Assembly (NCBI GenBank): GCA_017960085.1 | Contig: JAGCZI010000159.1 | Coordinates: forward strand, 1 to 62,874 | From: Bacteroidales bacterium | GTDB taxonomy: Bacteria > Bacteroidota > Bacteroidia > Bacteroidales > UBA932 | Reading direction: 5' to 3' | Length of the DNA: 62,874 nucleotides | Part shown: one piece after another, positions 1 to 8,307 of the stretch | Layout of the letters: the number at the start of each line of letters is the position of its first letter | How positions within the stretch are numbered: position 1 is the stretch's first letter | Program-made: the position numbers and the translations under genes | The notes under the pieces: model-generated | Database searches by the model: none | What the model was told of the DNA's origin: nothing | Seen by the model: only the letters and a program-made list of their open reading frames with translations

Positions 1-1557
1 AAAGAGGGTGACGAACATCATCGAAGTGTTGCGGCTGCACATACTGTCGTTGAGTTCCCTCATTATGGCGGCCGGACTGCCTTTGCTGTTGGACAGCGTG
101 CGGAACATAGCCCCGATGATGGACATTACCAGCGAAGCGGGAACCCCTTTGCCGGATACGTCTCCTATGCAGAAGAAAAGTTTGTCTTCCTTGATGAAGA
201 AGTCGTACAGGTCGCCTCCCACAGCCTTCGCAGGGGTGAGCCGCCCGGAGATGTCGAGCCTTTCGTGAGCTACGGAGTCATCCTTGGGAAGCATCGCCAT
301 CTGGATGTTGCGGGCGATGTCGAGTTCCTGCTCGATGGATGCCTGTCGGGCTGTGGCATCTTTCAACTCATCGACATAAGAGGCAAGAGACTTCTGCATA
401 TGCTCGAACGAATCGCGCAGCTGGTGGATTTCGTCGTTGTAGCGGAGTTTGGGCAGAGGCGTGTCAAAATGCCCCTGTGCAACCTGCTCTGCCGAGAGGG
501 CCAGATACTTCAAAGGTTTTGCGGTGCGGCGGATGGATCTTCGGATAAGAAGGCTGGCAATCAGCAGGCCGAGAGCCAGCAAGAGAAGGATTACCAGACC
601 CAGAATCTTTCCGGGTTTCCAGATGTTTTCGAAGGGCACCACTATGCCCATCGACCATCCTGTATCCTGCAGGGGGCCATAAAAAACATAAGACTTAATG
701 CCGTCAACCTCAGCGATCTTGACGTTGCTGCGGCCTTCCATCATCTCCTGGCCGATTGATACATATTTGTCGTTGTCTTTGCCGCCGGTGTGATTGAAAT
801 AGTTGTCCTGCAATATGCGTAAAGGGTCCGGATGGACGATGTAATCGCCTTTGCGGCTGAGTATGAAGCAGTATGCAGGAAGACTGAACGCAAGGGAGTC
901 GTTTGAAAACCCTAACTGTCCAGAGCGGGAAGTGATGTCGCTGATGCGTTCGGTGAGCCACGAGAGAGACATATCGGCCCCGAAGGTACCGGCAGCCCGG
1001 CCTGCAGTGTCAAGGACAGGCAAGGCGTAAGAACAAATCATATTGCCGGCTCCGGACTCGTCGAAATATGGCTCGGTCCAATAGCCGTTTTCACTGGCTA
1101 TACCTTGCTGGAACCACTCCAGGTTGAAATAGTCGTGGCTTTCGGAGCCGATCTGCTTCACGTCTATGCTGCCGTCATCAAGCCTCTTGACATAGGGCTC
1201 GAACCAATATCCTTTCTTGGGATAATAGTTGGGGATGAAACCCATTCCACAGCCGATGATGTGAGGGTTCAGCCGCAGTTCGTTGACCATCGCCTCCGTT
1301 ACCTGGTCGGGGTCCGAAAGGTGTTTGCCGATTTCATCGACATTGTTGGCAGATGAAGTTTCTACGACCTGGAACATTCCCGACGCCCTTTCGCTGACCA
1401 TAGAGAGGATATCGTAGTAATGGTCTTTGAGCAGAGTGACCGTACCGTTTGCTGAAAGCAGGAAAATCAGGGATGACGTGATGGCCATTGTGACGAGCAT
1501 CACCAGGATGATGCTTCGCATAAGCCGCCTTGAGAACGGATGGAACTGCTGTTTCAT
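1..1557 (-). CDS. Membrane sensor protein phosphatase with a Cache-like extracytoplasmic domain, HAMP and PP2C/SpoIIE domain; C-terminus cut by the window edge
   Basis: Absent from the ORF track because there is no stop inside the window. Manual minus-strand translation from ATG at 1557 stays open to base 1. It reads MKQQFHPFSRRLMRSIILVMLVTMAITSSLIFLL (TM1) ... GKILGLVILLLLALGLLIASLLI (TM2) RRSIRRTAKPLKYLALSAEQVAQGHFDTPLP (HAMP) ... IARNIQMAMLP ... AKAVGGDLYDFF ... FCIGDVSGKGVPASL (SpoIIE motifs). Colinear with 8308..10224. The plus-strand ORFs 8..268 and 265..759 are antisense shadows of it. Confidence 0.85.
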   Translation of the reverse strand, partial: MKQQFHPFSRRLMRSIILVMLVTMAITSSLIFLLSANGTVTLLKDHYYDILSMVSERASGMFQVVETSSANNVDEIGKHLSDPDQVTEAMVNELRLNPHIIGCGMGFIPNYYPKKGYWFEPYVKRLDDGSIDVKQIGSESHDYFNLEWFQQGIASENGYWTEPYFDESGAGNMICSYALPVLDTAGRAAGTFGADMSLSWLTERISDITSRSGQLGFSNDSLAFSLPAYCFILSRKGDYIVHPDPLRILQDNYFNHTGGKDNDKYVSIGQEMMEGRSNVKIAEVDGIKSYVFYGPLQDTGWSMGIVVPFENIWKPGKILGLVILLLLALGLLIASLLIRRSIRRTAKPLKYLALSAEQVAQGHFDTPLPKLRYNDEIHQLRDSFEHMQKSLASYVDELKDATARQASIEQELDIARNIQMAMLPKDDSVAHERLDISGRLTPAKAVGGDLYDFFIKEDKLFFCIGDVSGKGVPASLVMSIIGAMFRTLSNSKGSPAAIMRELNDSMCSRNTSMMFVTLF

Positions 1558-1772
1558 AGTTCAAATATAAATAATTCTTACACAATGGGAAAGCATCAAA
1601 ATGATTATATTTGCGAGGATGACAGAGCTGCCGATGGTACTGCTTATTCAAAAGAAGATTCAGTCAAGATAAGAGTTGTCAATCCCAATGCCGGCGATCC
1701 TAAAAAGACAAAGAAATCAAAGAGTAGGAACAATAATTGCAGGGAATCCGGCTCTGTTGAAATCCAGTTCCG

Positions 1773-4658
1773 ATGAAGAAATTCGTTTTCTTGATATTAG
1801 TGCTTTCGCTGCTGTGCACCAAGGCTCAGGCCCAGGTGATTATTTTGAATGAGAGTCTTTTCCAGGGCAGGATGTCTGAAATCAAGACAACTGTGCTGGA
1901 CTCACTGACCAGCGAGCCGATTCCCTTCGCATCTGTCTATGTCATCCCATCAAAGGATACGACCATAACCAATTTCACCCTTTCTGACGCCAAGGGCGAG
2001 GCAACGCTCGACGAAGTGCCTTACGGCAGCTATGTCTTCCATGTAGAGATGATGGGCTACAAGCCTTACGTGGCCGAACGCTACTTCCGTGAGAGCGAGG
2101 TAAACCTCGGGACAATCCGTCTGCAGCAGGACGAACTCTTCCTGCAGGCAGCCACGATTACCGATGTCGGCAATCCCATCGTCATCAAGCAGGACACCGT
2201 GGAGTTCAACGCCTCTTCCTTCCGCGTGGGAGCCAACGCCATGCTGAAAGACCTGCTGCAGCGCATGCCGGGCATGGAGATAACAGAAGACGGCAAGGTG
2301 AAATTCAACGGCGAGGAGATTGACAAACTCACGGTAGGCGGAAGGACCTTCTTCTTCAATGACCAGTCCACGGCCCTCAACAACCTTCCTGCGGCTATCG
2401 TGGACAAGATTCGCGTGATAGACCGCGAGTCGGAGGATACAAGGGCGACAGGCATTGAAGACGGCTCCCGCGAGAAGGTACTGGACGTGGCCCTGAAGAA
2501 GGAATATGAGAAAGGATGGTTCGGCAATGTGGGGTTGAAATTGGGCACTACGGTTGGCGACAAGGACGACGACAATCCCATGCGCGATGACCGCGGCCTT
2601 CTTTGGAACGGGAATGCGTTGCTGTCAGCCTACGGCGAGAAGGACCAGCTGACAGTCATCGCGAACGCGCAGAATATTGACGACTCCAACATTGTCATCT
2701 TTATGTCGGGCGATGACGGAGAGATGACACAGTTGAACCAGGGCCTTTCTTCTGCCGCCCAATTTGGCGTGAACGCCAATACTTCCCGCATCAAGGGGGT
2801 GGAATCCACGGCGGGCGTAAGCTACAAATATACCGACACCGATTCCGGATCTATGACCGACAGGACGACTTATCAGAATGACGGTAATCTGAAATCTTCC
2901 ACTGAGAACACCGGCAAGCAGTATTCAAATGCAGTGAGCGCCAACCTGGAGTTTGAAAAGGAAGAGGGCAATGTATGGTTCCACATCAGACCTACAATCT
3001 ATTTCACCAGGACGGAGAGCTCTGCGAACGCCTCCTCTGAAATTTTCCGGGAGGGAGCCTTTGTCAACAGCTCCGATAATTCATCGCACAGCCTGTCAGA
3101 AAGCTTATCCCCCGAGTATGATGCCGATATCACTTTCCGGAATCTTGGAGGAAAGAAAGGGCGCAGTCTGCAACTTAATTCATACGCCGATTTCGATATC
3201 AATAGAGGAAATAGCGCTGAGAATTCCCAACTGACGATGGTTGGCGGAAAAGACATCCGAACGATGAGGTATGATACCGACGGAACCAGTTCCTGGATAC
3301 AGGAATCTGTTACTTACACGGAGCCTCTCGGCGAGAAATGGACGCTGTCTCCTTCGGCGATGGTAGAGATCTCGAAGCGTGACAACATCAGGGACGCTTT
3401 TGACGCCGCCGGAAGGAACGACTATTACAGTTCGGTGAGCCGGAACAAATCGATTCAACAGCAATATGGCATGACCGTCCAGTACAAGTTCGGAGAACAA
3501 AGCTGGATTACACTCGGCGGCCGTGTATTGGGAATCCTGAACGAAACCTATTCAAAGAGTTACGGCATCGAAGAGACGACAGGAGAGGATGAATGGAACT
3601 GGCACATAGTTCCCAACTTCCGCTTCCAGCACAACAAGGGGATGGACCGTTTCTACCTGACAGTCACAGGCTATAGCGAACGTCCCTCTTCTTCCCGCAT
3701 GCTGCCGGTGCTGAACATCACTGACCCGTCGAGACTCAGCTTGGGTAATGTCTACCTGCGGCCATATACCCAGACATATTTCAGCAGCGACTGGACAAGG
3801 AACAACACGAAGAAATTCTCCACCCTGATGGTTTATCTCTTCGGTCAGCTGAATGATTCCCCTATCAGCTATGCCCGCTGGTACGATGCTGACGGCATAT
3901 TGTATTCTATTCCCGTGAATTCGCGAAAGCCGAGTCTTACGGCAACGTTCAATGCTAATTATACCACACCGCTGGACGCAAAGAAGAACTGGTCGCTGAC
4001 GCTGAGCGGATACGCGAATTATGTCTCATCAGTCAGCTACCAGGCCCGGACAACGCTGCCGGGGTTGGACAAGGACAACTTCGACTACTCTTCGTTCATG
4101 GCAGACTTCTGGGGCAATGCAGCAGGAGACCGCTTCTACAGCGGTAAGAGCGGTTTCGGAGAAAGTTTCACACGCTCCTTCAGCCCCAATGCAACCATCA
4201 GTGTCAGATACAACAAAGACCGTTATTCCTTCTCTTTAATGGCTAATACCAGTGGCTACATCGTTCGCTACTCCCTGGATCCGAGCGTTAACATGAATAC
4301 GCTGGACACCCACCTGACAGCTAGCGGCTCATATATTTCCAAACACGAATTCGAGTTTGATACAGATATTGCGTACGTCTTCTACAAGGGCTATGCTAAT
4401 GGATACGGCCAGCCGGAGTGGCGCTGGAACGCGGAAATCTCAAAGAACATAGGGGCCTTCAACCTGAGCCTCACAATCCATGACATCCTGAACCAGACGA
4501 CGAATCTTACCCACACGGTCACTGCCAACTACGAGGAAGACAGCTATCGCCTCATCATGGGCCGCTACTTCCTCTTCGGCATCAAGTGGAACTTCGGCAA
4601 GATGAATGCCTCCCACAGCCAGCGCGCTTCGGACGCAATGTGGAACATGCTGTTCTAA
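1773..4658 (+). CDS. Outer-membrane beta-barrel protein with N-terminal carboxypeptidase-regulatory-like domain (TonB-dependent-receptor-like)
   Basis: 961-aa ORF with signal peptide MKKFVFLILVLSLLCTKAQA. CarbopepD_reg-like segment ASVYVIPSKDTTITNFTLSDAKGEATLDEVPYGSYVFHVEMMGYKPY. Plug-like segment VEFNASSFRVGANAMLKDLLQRMPGMEITEDGKVKFNGEEIDKLTVGGRTFF. Long S/T/N/Y/G-rich barrel region ending in an aromatic residue (..MWNMLF). Confidence 0.85.
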   Translation: MKKFVFLILVLSLLCTKAQAQVIILNESLFQGRMSEIKTTVLDSLTSEPIPFASVYVIPSKDTTITNFTLSDAKGEATLDEVPYGSYVFHVEMMGYKPYVAERYFRESEVNLGTIRLQQDELFLQAATITDVGNPIVIKQDTVEFNASSFRVGANAMLKDLLQRMPGMEITEDGKVKFNGEEIDKLTVGGRTFFFNDQSTALNNLPAAIVDKIRVIDRESEDTRATGIEDGSREKVLDVALKKEYEKGWFGNVGLKLGTTVGDKDDDNPMRDDRGLLWNGNALLSAYGEKDQLTVIANAQNIDDSNIVIFMSGDDGEMTQLNQGLSSAAQFGVNANTSRIKGVESTAGVSYKYTDTDSGSMTDRTTYQNDGNLKSSTENTGKQYSNAVSANLEFEKEEGNVWFHIRPTIYFTRTESSANASSEIFREGAFVNSSDNSSHSLSESLSPEYDADITFRNLGGKKGRSLQLNSYADFDINRGNSAENSQLTMVGGKDIRTMRYDTDGTSSWIQESVTYTEPLGEKWTLSPSAMVEISKRDNIRDAFDAAGRNDYYSSVSRNKSIQQQYGMTVQYKFGEQSWITLGGRVLGILNETYSKSYGIEETTGEDEWNWHIVPNFRFQHNKGMDRFYLTVTGYSERPSSSRMLPVLNITDPSRLSLGNVYLRPYTQTYFSSDWTRNNTKKFSTLMVYLFGQLNDSPISYARWYDADGILYSIPVNSRKPSLTATFNANYTTPLDAKKNWSLTLSGYANYVSSVSYQARTTLPGLDKDNFDYSSFMADFWGNAAGDRFYSGKSGFGESFTRSFSPNATISVRYNKDRYSFSLMANTSGYIVRYSLDPSVNMNTLDTHLTASGSYISKHEFEFDTDIAYVFYKGYANGYGQPEWRWNAEISKNIGAFNLSLTIHDILNQTTNLTHTVTANYEEDSYRLIMGRYFLFGIKWNFGKMNASHSQRASDAMWNMLF

Positions 4659-4683
4659 ACTGTTGCCACAGAAGGAAATTGAT

Positions 4684-4691
4684 TATCTTTG
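4684..4691 (+). promoter_or_regulatory. Candidate Bacteroidetes -7 promoter box TAnnTTTG (TATCTTTG)
   Basis: Exact match to TAnnTTTG, 5 nt upstream of the ATG at 4697. This would imply a near-leaderless transcript for the oxidoreductase operon. Confidence 0.35.
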
Positions 4692-4696
4692 CAGAG

Positions 4697-5464
4697 ATGA
4701 CTGCACTGATAACAGGTGGAAGCTCCGGGATGGGGCTGGAATTCGCACGGCAACTCGCGGAGCGAGGGTATGATCTGATTCTGGTGAGCAACCGGCAAGA
4801 AGAGCTGGACGCCGCCGCAGAATCGCTGCGCAAACAGTATGCTGTCGCAGTTACCACCCGTTTCCAGGACTTGGCGCAGACAGACTCCGCAGACCTTCTC
4901 TATGCCTGGTGCACAGAAGAGGCAGGAATACTTCCCGACATCGTGGTGAACGACGCCGGGATGTTCTTTTTCAAAGAACTGGAGACTGCCGACCTGGACC
5001 GCGTGCAGGCTATGCTGAATCTGCACGTGACGACGGTGACCCGCGCCTGCATCCTCTTTGGCAACGCCATGAAGGAGCGCGGCAGCGGCTACATCCTGAA
5101 CATGTCGTCGATGGCCGCGCGCTTACCCACGCCCGGTATTACTGTCTATTCCGCCACGAAAGCCTATCTCAAAAGCTTCGGTCATTCCCTCTGGTTCGAA
5201 ATGAAACCCTACGGCGTAGGAGTGACAACAGTCTGCCCTGCAGCCATCGCTACGCCGCTTTACCGTCTCAGCGAAAAGTGGCTGCGCCGGGGCGTACGAA
5301 TCGGCGTCATCCGCACCCCGAAATGGCTTGTAAAAAGGGCCCTCAGGGCGATGTTCCGTGGCCGCCGTGTCATCAGTCCTTCCTTTATGAATATATATCT
5401 TCCTTTCCTCATAGCACTGCTTCCCGCTCCGGTCGAGGCGGCTCTGTGGAAAAAGCTAAAGTAG
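4697..5464 (+). CDS. Short-chain dehydrogenase/reductase (SDR), candidate hydroxysteroid dehydrogenase
   Basis: I chose the internal ATG at 4697 (MTALITGGSSGMGLEFARQLAERGYDLILVSNR, which carries the TGxxxGxG Rossmann motif) rather than the ORF-track start 4586, which overlaps the upstream gene. Catalytic YSATKAYLKSF (YxxxK). Confidence 0.9.
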   Translation: MTALITGGSSGMGLEFARQLAERGYDLILVSNRQEELDAAAESLRKQYAVAVTTRFQDLAQTDSADLLYAWCTEEAGILPDIVVNDAGMFFFKELETADLDRVQAMLNLHVTTVTRACILFGNAMKERGSGYILNMSSMAARLPTPGITVYSATKAYLKSFGHSLWFEMKPYGVGVTTVCPAAIATPLYRLSEKWLRRGVRIGVIRTPKWLVKRALRAMFRGRRVISPSFMNIYLPFLIALLPAPVEAALWKKLK

Positions 5465-5468
5465 CCTT

Positions 5469-6239
5469 ATGTTCAATCCCCACACATTCAACCTCTTCCT
5501 GATAGGTATGGCCATCGTGGCCGCAGTAGTGTTCGTGTCGTTGTTCTTTGTGGACGCCGGCTACGGCAAGTTCTACACAGCCAAGTGGGGCCCGTCGCTT
5601 GACAACCATCTCGGCTGGTTCCTTATGGAAGTGCCGGTGTTTATCGCGATGCTGGCACTCTGGTGGTTCTCCGACCGTCGCGGCGACGGCATCAGGCTGC
5701 TTTTCCTGCTGATCTTCGAACTGCACTATTTCCACCGTTCCTTCATCTTCCCGCTTCAGCTGCGAGGGCACAGCCGTATGCCGCTGAGCATCGTGCTGAT
5801 GGGGGCTGTCTTCAATACCCTCAACGCCTTTATGCAGGGCGGCTGGCTGTTCTACGTCTCGCCTGCCGATTTCTACCCGGCCGGATGGGTCAGAAGCCTT
5901 CCCTTCCTGGCAGGTGTCGTCATTTTCGCAGCGGGGATGTATATAAACATCCAGTCAGACGGCATAATCCGCAACCTGCGCAAGCCCGGAGACACCGCCC
6001 ACTACCTGCCCAAAGACGGTATGTTCCGCTATGTGACCAGCGCCAACTACTTCGGCGAGTTTATGGAGTGGGTGGGCTTCGCCATCCTGACCTGGTCCTG
6101 GGCCGGAGCAGTCTTCGCGCTCTGGACCTTCGCCAACCTGGCTCCGCGTGCCGCCCGTATCTATGACCTCTACAGCCGGGAGTTCCCCGACGAGCTCGAT
6201 ACGAGCCGCGTGAAGCGGATACTGCCGTTCATTTACTGA
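5469..6239 (+). CDS. Steroid 5-alpha-reductase family membrane protein (3-oxo-5-alpha-steroid 4-dehydrogenase-like)
   Basis: 256 aa and polytopic. The C-terminal family signature reads ..RKPGDTAHYLPKDGMFRYVTSANYFGEFMEWVGFAILTWSWAGAVFALWTFANLAPRA. The size matches SRD5A-type enzymes. Only 4 nt separate it from the upstream SDR. Confidence 0.85.
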   Translation: MFNPHTFNLFLIGMAIVAAVVFVSLFFVDAGYGKFYTAKWGPSLDNHLGWFLMEVPVFIAMLALWWFSDRRGDGIRLLFLLIFELHYFHRSFIFPLQLRGHSRMPLSIVLMGAVFNTLNAFMQGGWLFYVSPADFYPAGWVRSLPFLAGVVIFAAGMYINIQSDGIIRNLRKPGDTAHYLPKDGMFRYVTSANYFGEFMEWVGFAILTWSWAGAVFALWTFANLAPRAARIYDLYSREFPDELDTSRVKRILPFIY

Positions 6240-6249
6240 TATCTGCGCT

Positions 6250-7500
6250 ATGAACAATACCGACCCCCAGTCTTCTCCCATTTTTACTCCTGTAACAATC
6301 GGTCCGGTGACGCTGCGAAACCGCGTAATCCGCTCGGCCGCTTTCGAGAATATGGCCTACGGCAACAGCCCTACAAAAGATCTTTATGATTATCACGTGG
6401 CTGTAGCCCGCGGAGGAGTGGGAATGACCACTCTTGCTTATGCCTCGGTGAACCGCAGCGGCCTGTCGTTCGACGGCCAGCTCTGGATGCGCGAGGAGAT
6501 AGTCCCCGGCTTGAAGAAGATAACTGACGACGTCCACGCCGCCGGGGCCAAGTGCTCCATCCAGCTGGGCCACTGCGGCAATATGACCCACCGCGCCACT
6601 TGCGGATGTATGCCCGTAGGCGCGTCGAGCGGGTTCAATCTATATTCTCCTACTTTCGTGCGAGGTCTCAGGAAGGATGAGATAGACTCTCTGGTGGAGG
6701 ATTTCGGCAAGGCGGTGAACCTTGCCCGTGAGGCCGGTTTCGACTGTGTAGAGATCCACGCTGGCCACGGCTATCTGATCAGCCAGTTCCTGTCACCTTA
6801 CACCAACCATCGTCACGATGAGTACGGAGGCTCGCTGGACAACCGTATGCGCCTTATGAGGCGTGTGATAACGAAGGTCCTTGAGGTTGCCGGGGACGAT
6901 ATGGGAGTGATTGTGAAAATGAATATGCACGACGGTTTCCGCCGCGGTATGCAGCAGGCCGAGTGCCTTGAGGTCGCCCGTGAGCTGGAGCGGCTGGGAG
7001 TGCACGCAATAGTGCTTTCGGCGGGATTCGTGAGCAAGGCGCCGATGGAGGTGATGCGCGGGGCGATGCCGCTCAAGACACTGGCCCACTATATGGATAT
7101 GCGCAAGTTCTGGTGGCTGAAAGCCCTGGTCCGCCTTTTCGGCCGGATTATGATTCCCACAGTGCCATACAAGGAAGGCTATTTCCTGGACGATGCGAAG
7201 CAGTTCCGTGCGGCTGTGAAGCTGCCGCTGATATATGTCGGAGGACTGGTGTCGCGCGCAAAGATGGAAGAAGTGCTTGAGGCGGGATTCCAGGGCCTGC
7301 AGGTCGCCCGTGCGCTGGTGCGGGATACGGATTTCGTGAAGAAGCTGCAAAGAGGAGAGATCGACTGCAGCCCCTGCGGCCATTCCAACTACTGCATAGG
7401 CCGTATGTACACTCTCGAAATGAAATGCAACCGCTGTGTCGCAGACCTGCCCCGCAATCTCAGCCGTGAAGTAGAAAAGGCAGAAGAGCGATGGAAATGA
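6250..7500 (+). CDS. Old Yellow Enzyme-family NADH:flavin oxidoreductase with a C-terminal Cys cluster (BaiCD / 2,4-dienoyl-CoA reductase N-terminal-domain-like); candidate 3-oxo-delta4-steroid reductase
   Basis: FTPVTIGPVTLRNRVIRSAAFE and EIHAGHGYLISQFLSPYTNHRHDEYGGSLDNRMR are OYE TIM-barrel motifs. The C-terminal DCSPCGHSNYCIGRMYTLEMKCNRC resembles the 4Fe-4S motif of DCR/Bai enzymes. The protein ends at 416 aa, so it has no FAD/NAD(P) domain. Confidence 0.85.
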   Translation: MNNTDPQSSPIFTPVTIGPVTLRNRVIRSAAFENMAYGNSPTKDLYDYHVAVARGGVGMTTLAYASVNRSGLSFDGQLWMREEIVPGLKKITDDVHAAGAKCSIQLGHCGNMTHRATCGCMPVGASSGFNLYSPTFVRGLRKDEIDSLVEDFGKAVNLAREAGFDCVEIHAGHGYLISQFLSPYTNHRHDEYGGSLDNRMRLMRRVITKVLEVAGDDMGVIVKMNMHDGFRRGMQQAECLEVARELERLGVHAIVLSAGFVSKAPMEVMRGAMPLKTLAHYMDMRKFWWLKALVRLFGRIMIPTVPYKEGYFLDDAKQFRAAVKLPLIYVGGLVSRAKMEEVLEAGFQGLQVARALVRDTDFVKKLQRGEIDCSPCGHSNYCIGRMYTLEMKCNRCVADLPRNLSREVEKAEERWK

Positions 7501-8303
7501 AGGGCAGGGTCATAGTCACCGGAGCGACCGGCAGTATGGGCGCAGCCGCTGTCGAGGCTCTGTCGCTGAAGGGCATCCCAGTCTTAATGGCCTGCCGAAA
7601 CCTTAAGAAAGCCGAGGCGGTGCGAGCTGCAATTGTCGGAAAAGTGCCGTCGGCAGACATTGAAATCCGGCTTGTAGATATGGCTTCAATGGCTTCTGTC
7701 CGCAGCTTTGCCGAAGGCGTCGAGGCGGGAAGCGCAGCAGCCCTTTTCAACAATGCGGGAGTCATCTCAAAAGGCTACAGCATCACGGCAGACGGATTTG
7801 AAAACACATTTTCAGTGAATTATTACGGACCCTGGCTGCTGACGCAGCTGCTGCTGCCCAAGCTGCCCGAGGATGCGCGAATAGTGAATATGATATCGCT
7901 TACCTGCCGTTTCGCACCTCTGGACGAGCAGACACTGCACCCTACGGAGAAAGATTTCACCCAGCTGGGGACATATGCTCGCTCCAAGCGTGCTCTCATT
8001 TCTTACTCTATGGAGCTGGCGCGGCGCCATCCTTCGCTGAGGGTGAATCTTGCGGATCCGGGAATCGTAGCCTCCGATATGATCGACCTCGGGCACTGGT
8101 ACGATCCGCTTGCGGATGCCATCTTCAAGCCTTTTTGCAGGAGGCCGGAGGCAGGCGTTCAGCCAGCCCTCCGCGCTCTTTCCTCGGATGTGCGCAGCAG
8201 ATTCTTCATAGGGAAAAGGGACAGGGCCATCCCTGCCCGCTATCTCGATTCCGAGCTTGACGCCCGTATCTGGGATGCAACAGAGAAAGCCCTGGCGCTT
8301 TGA
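7491..8303 (+). CDS. Short-chain dehydrogenase/reductase (SDR), second copy in the operon
   Basis: MEMKGRVIVTGATGSMGAAAVEALSLKGIPVLMACRN (Rossmann motif) and YARSKRALISYS (YxxxK). The start is either 7491 or 7497. The latter gives an ATGA overlap with the upstream stop at 7498..7500. Confidence 0.9.
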   Translation: MEMKGRVIVTGATGSMGAAAVEALSLKGIPVLMACRNLKKAEAVRAAIVGKVPSADIEIRLVDMASMASVRSFAEGVEAGSAAALFNNAGVISKGYSITADGFENTFSVNYYGPWLLTQLLLPKLPEDARIVNMISLTCRFAPLDEQTLHPTEKDFTQLGTYARSKRALISYSMELARRHPSLRVNLADPGIVASDMIDLGHWYDPLADAIFKPFCRRPEAGVQPALRALSSDVRSRFFIGKRDRAIPARYLDSELDARIWDATEKALAL

Positions 8304-8307
8304 AAGA

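Noticed and set aside
1540-1776. 78-aa ORF filling the divergent spacer between the sensor phosphatase and the OMP gene
   Set aside because: It overlaps both neighbouring starts. It is Lys/Asn/Ser-rich, as expected from an AT-rich promoter region. It has no ribosome-binding or motif support.
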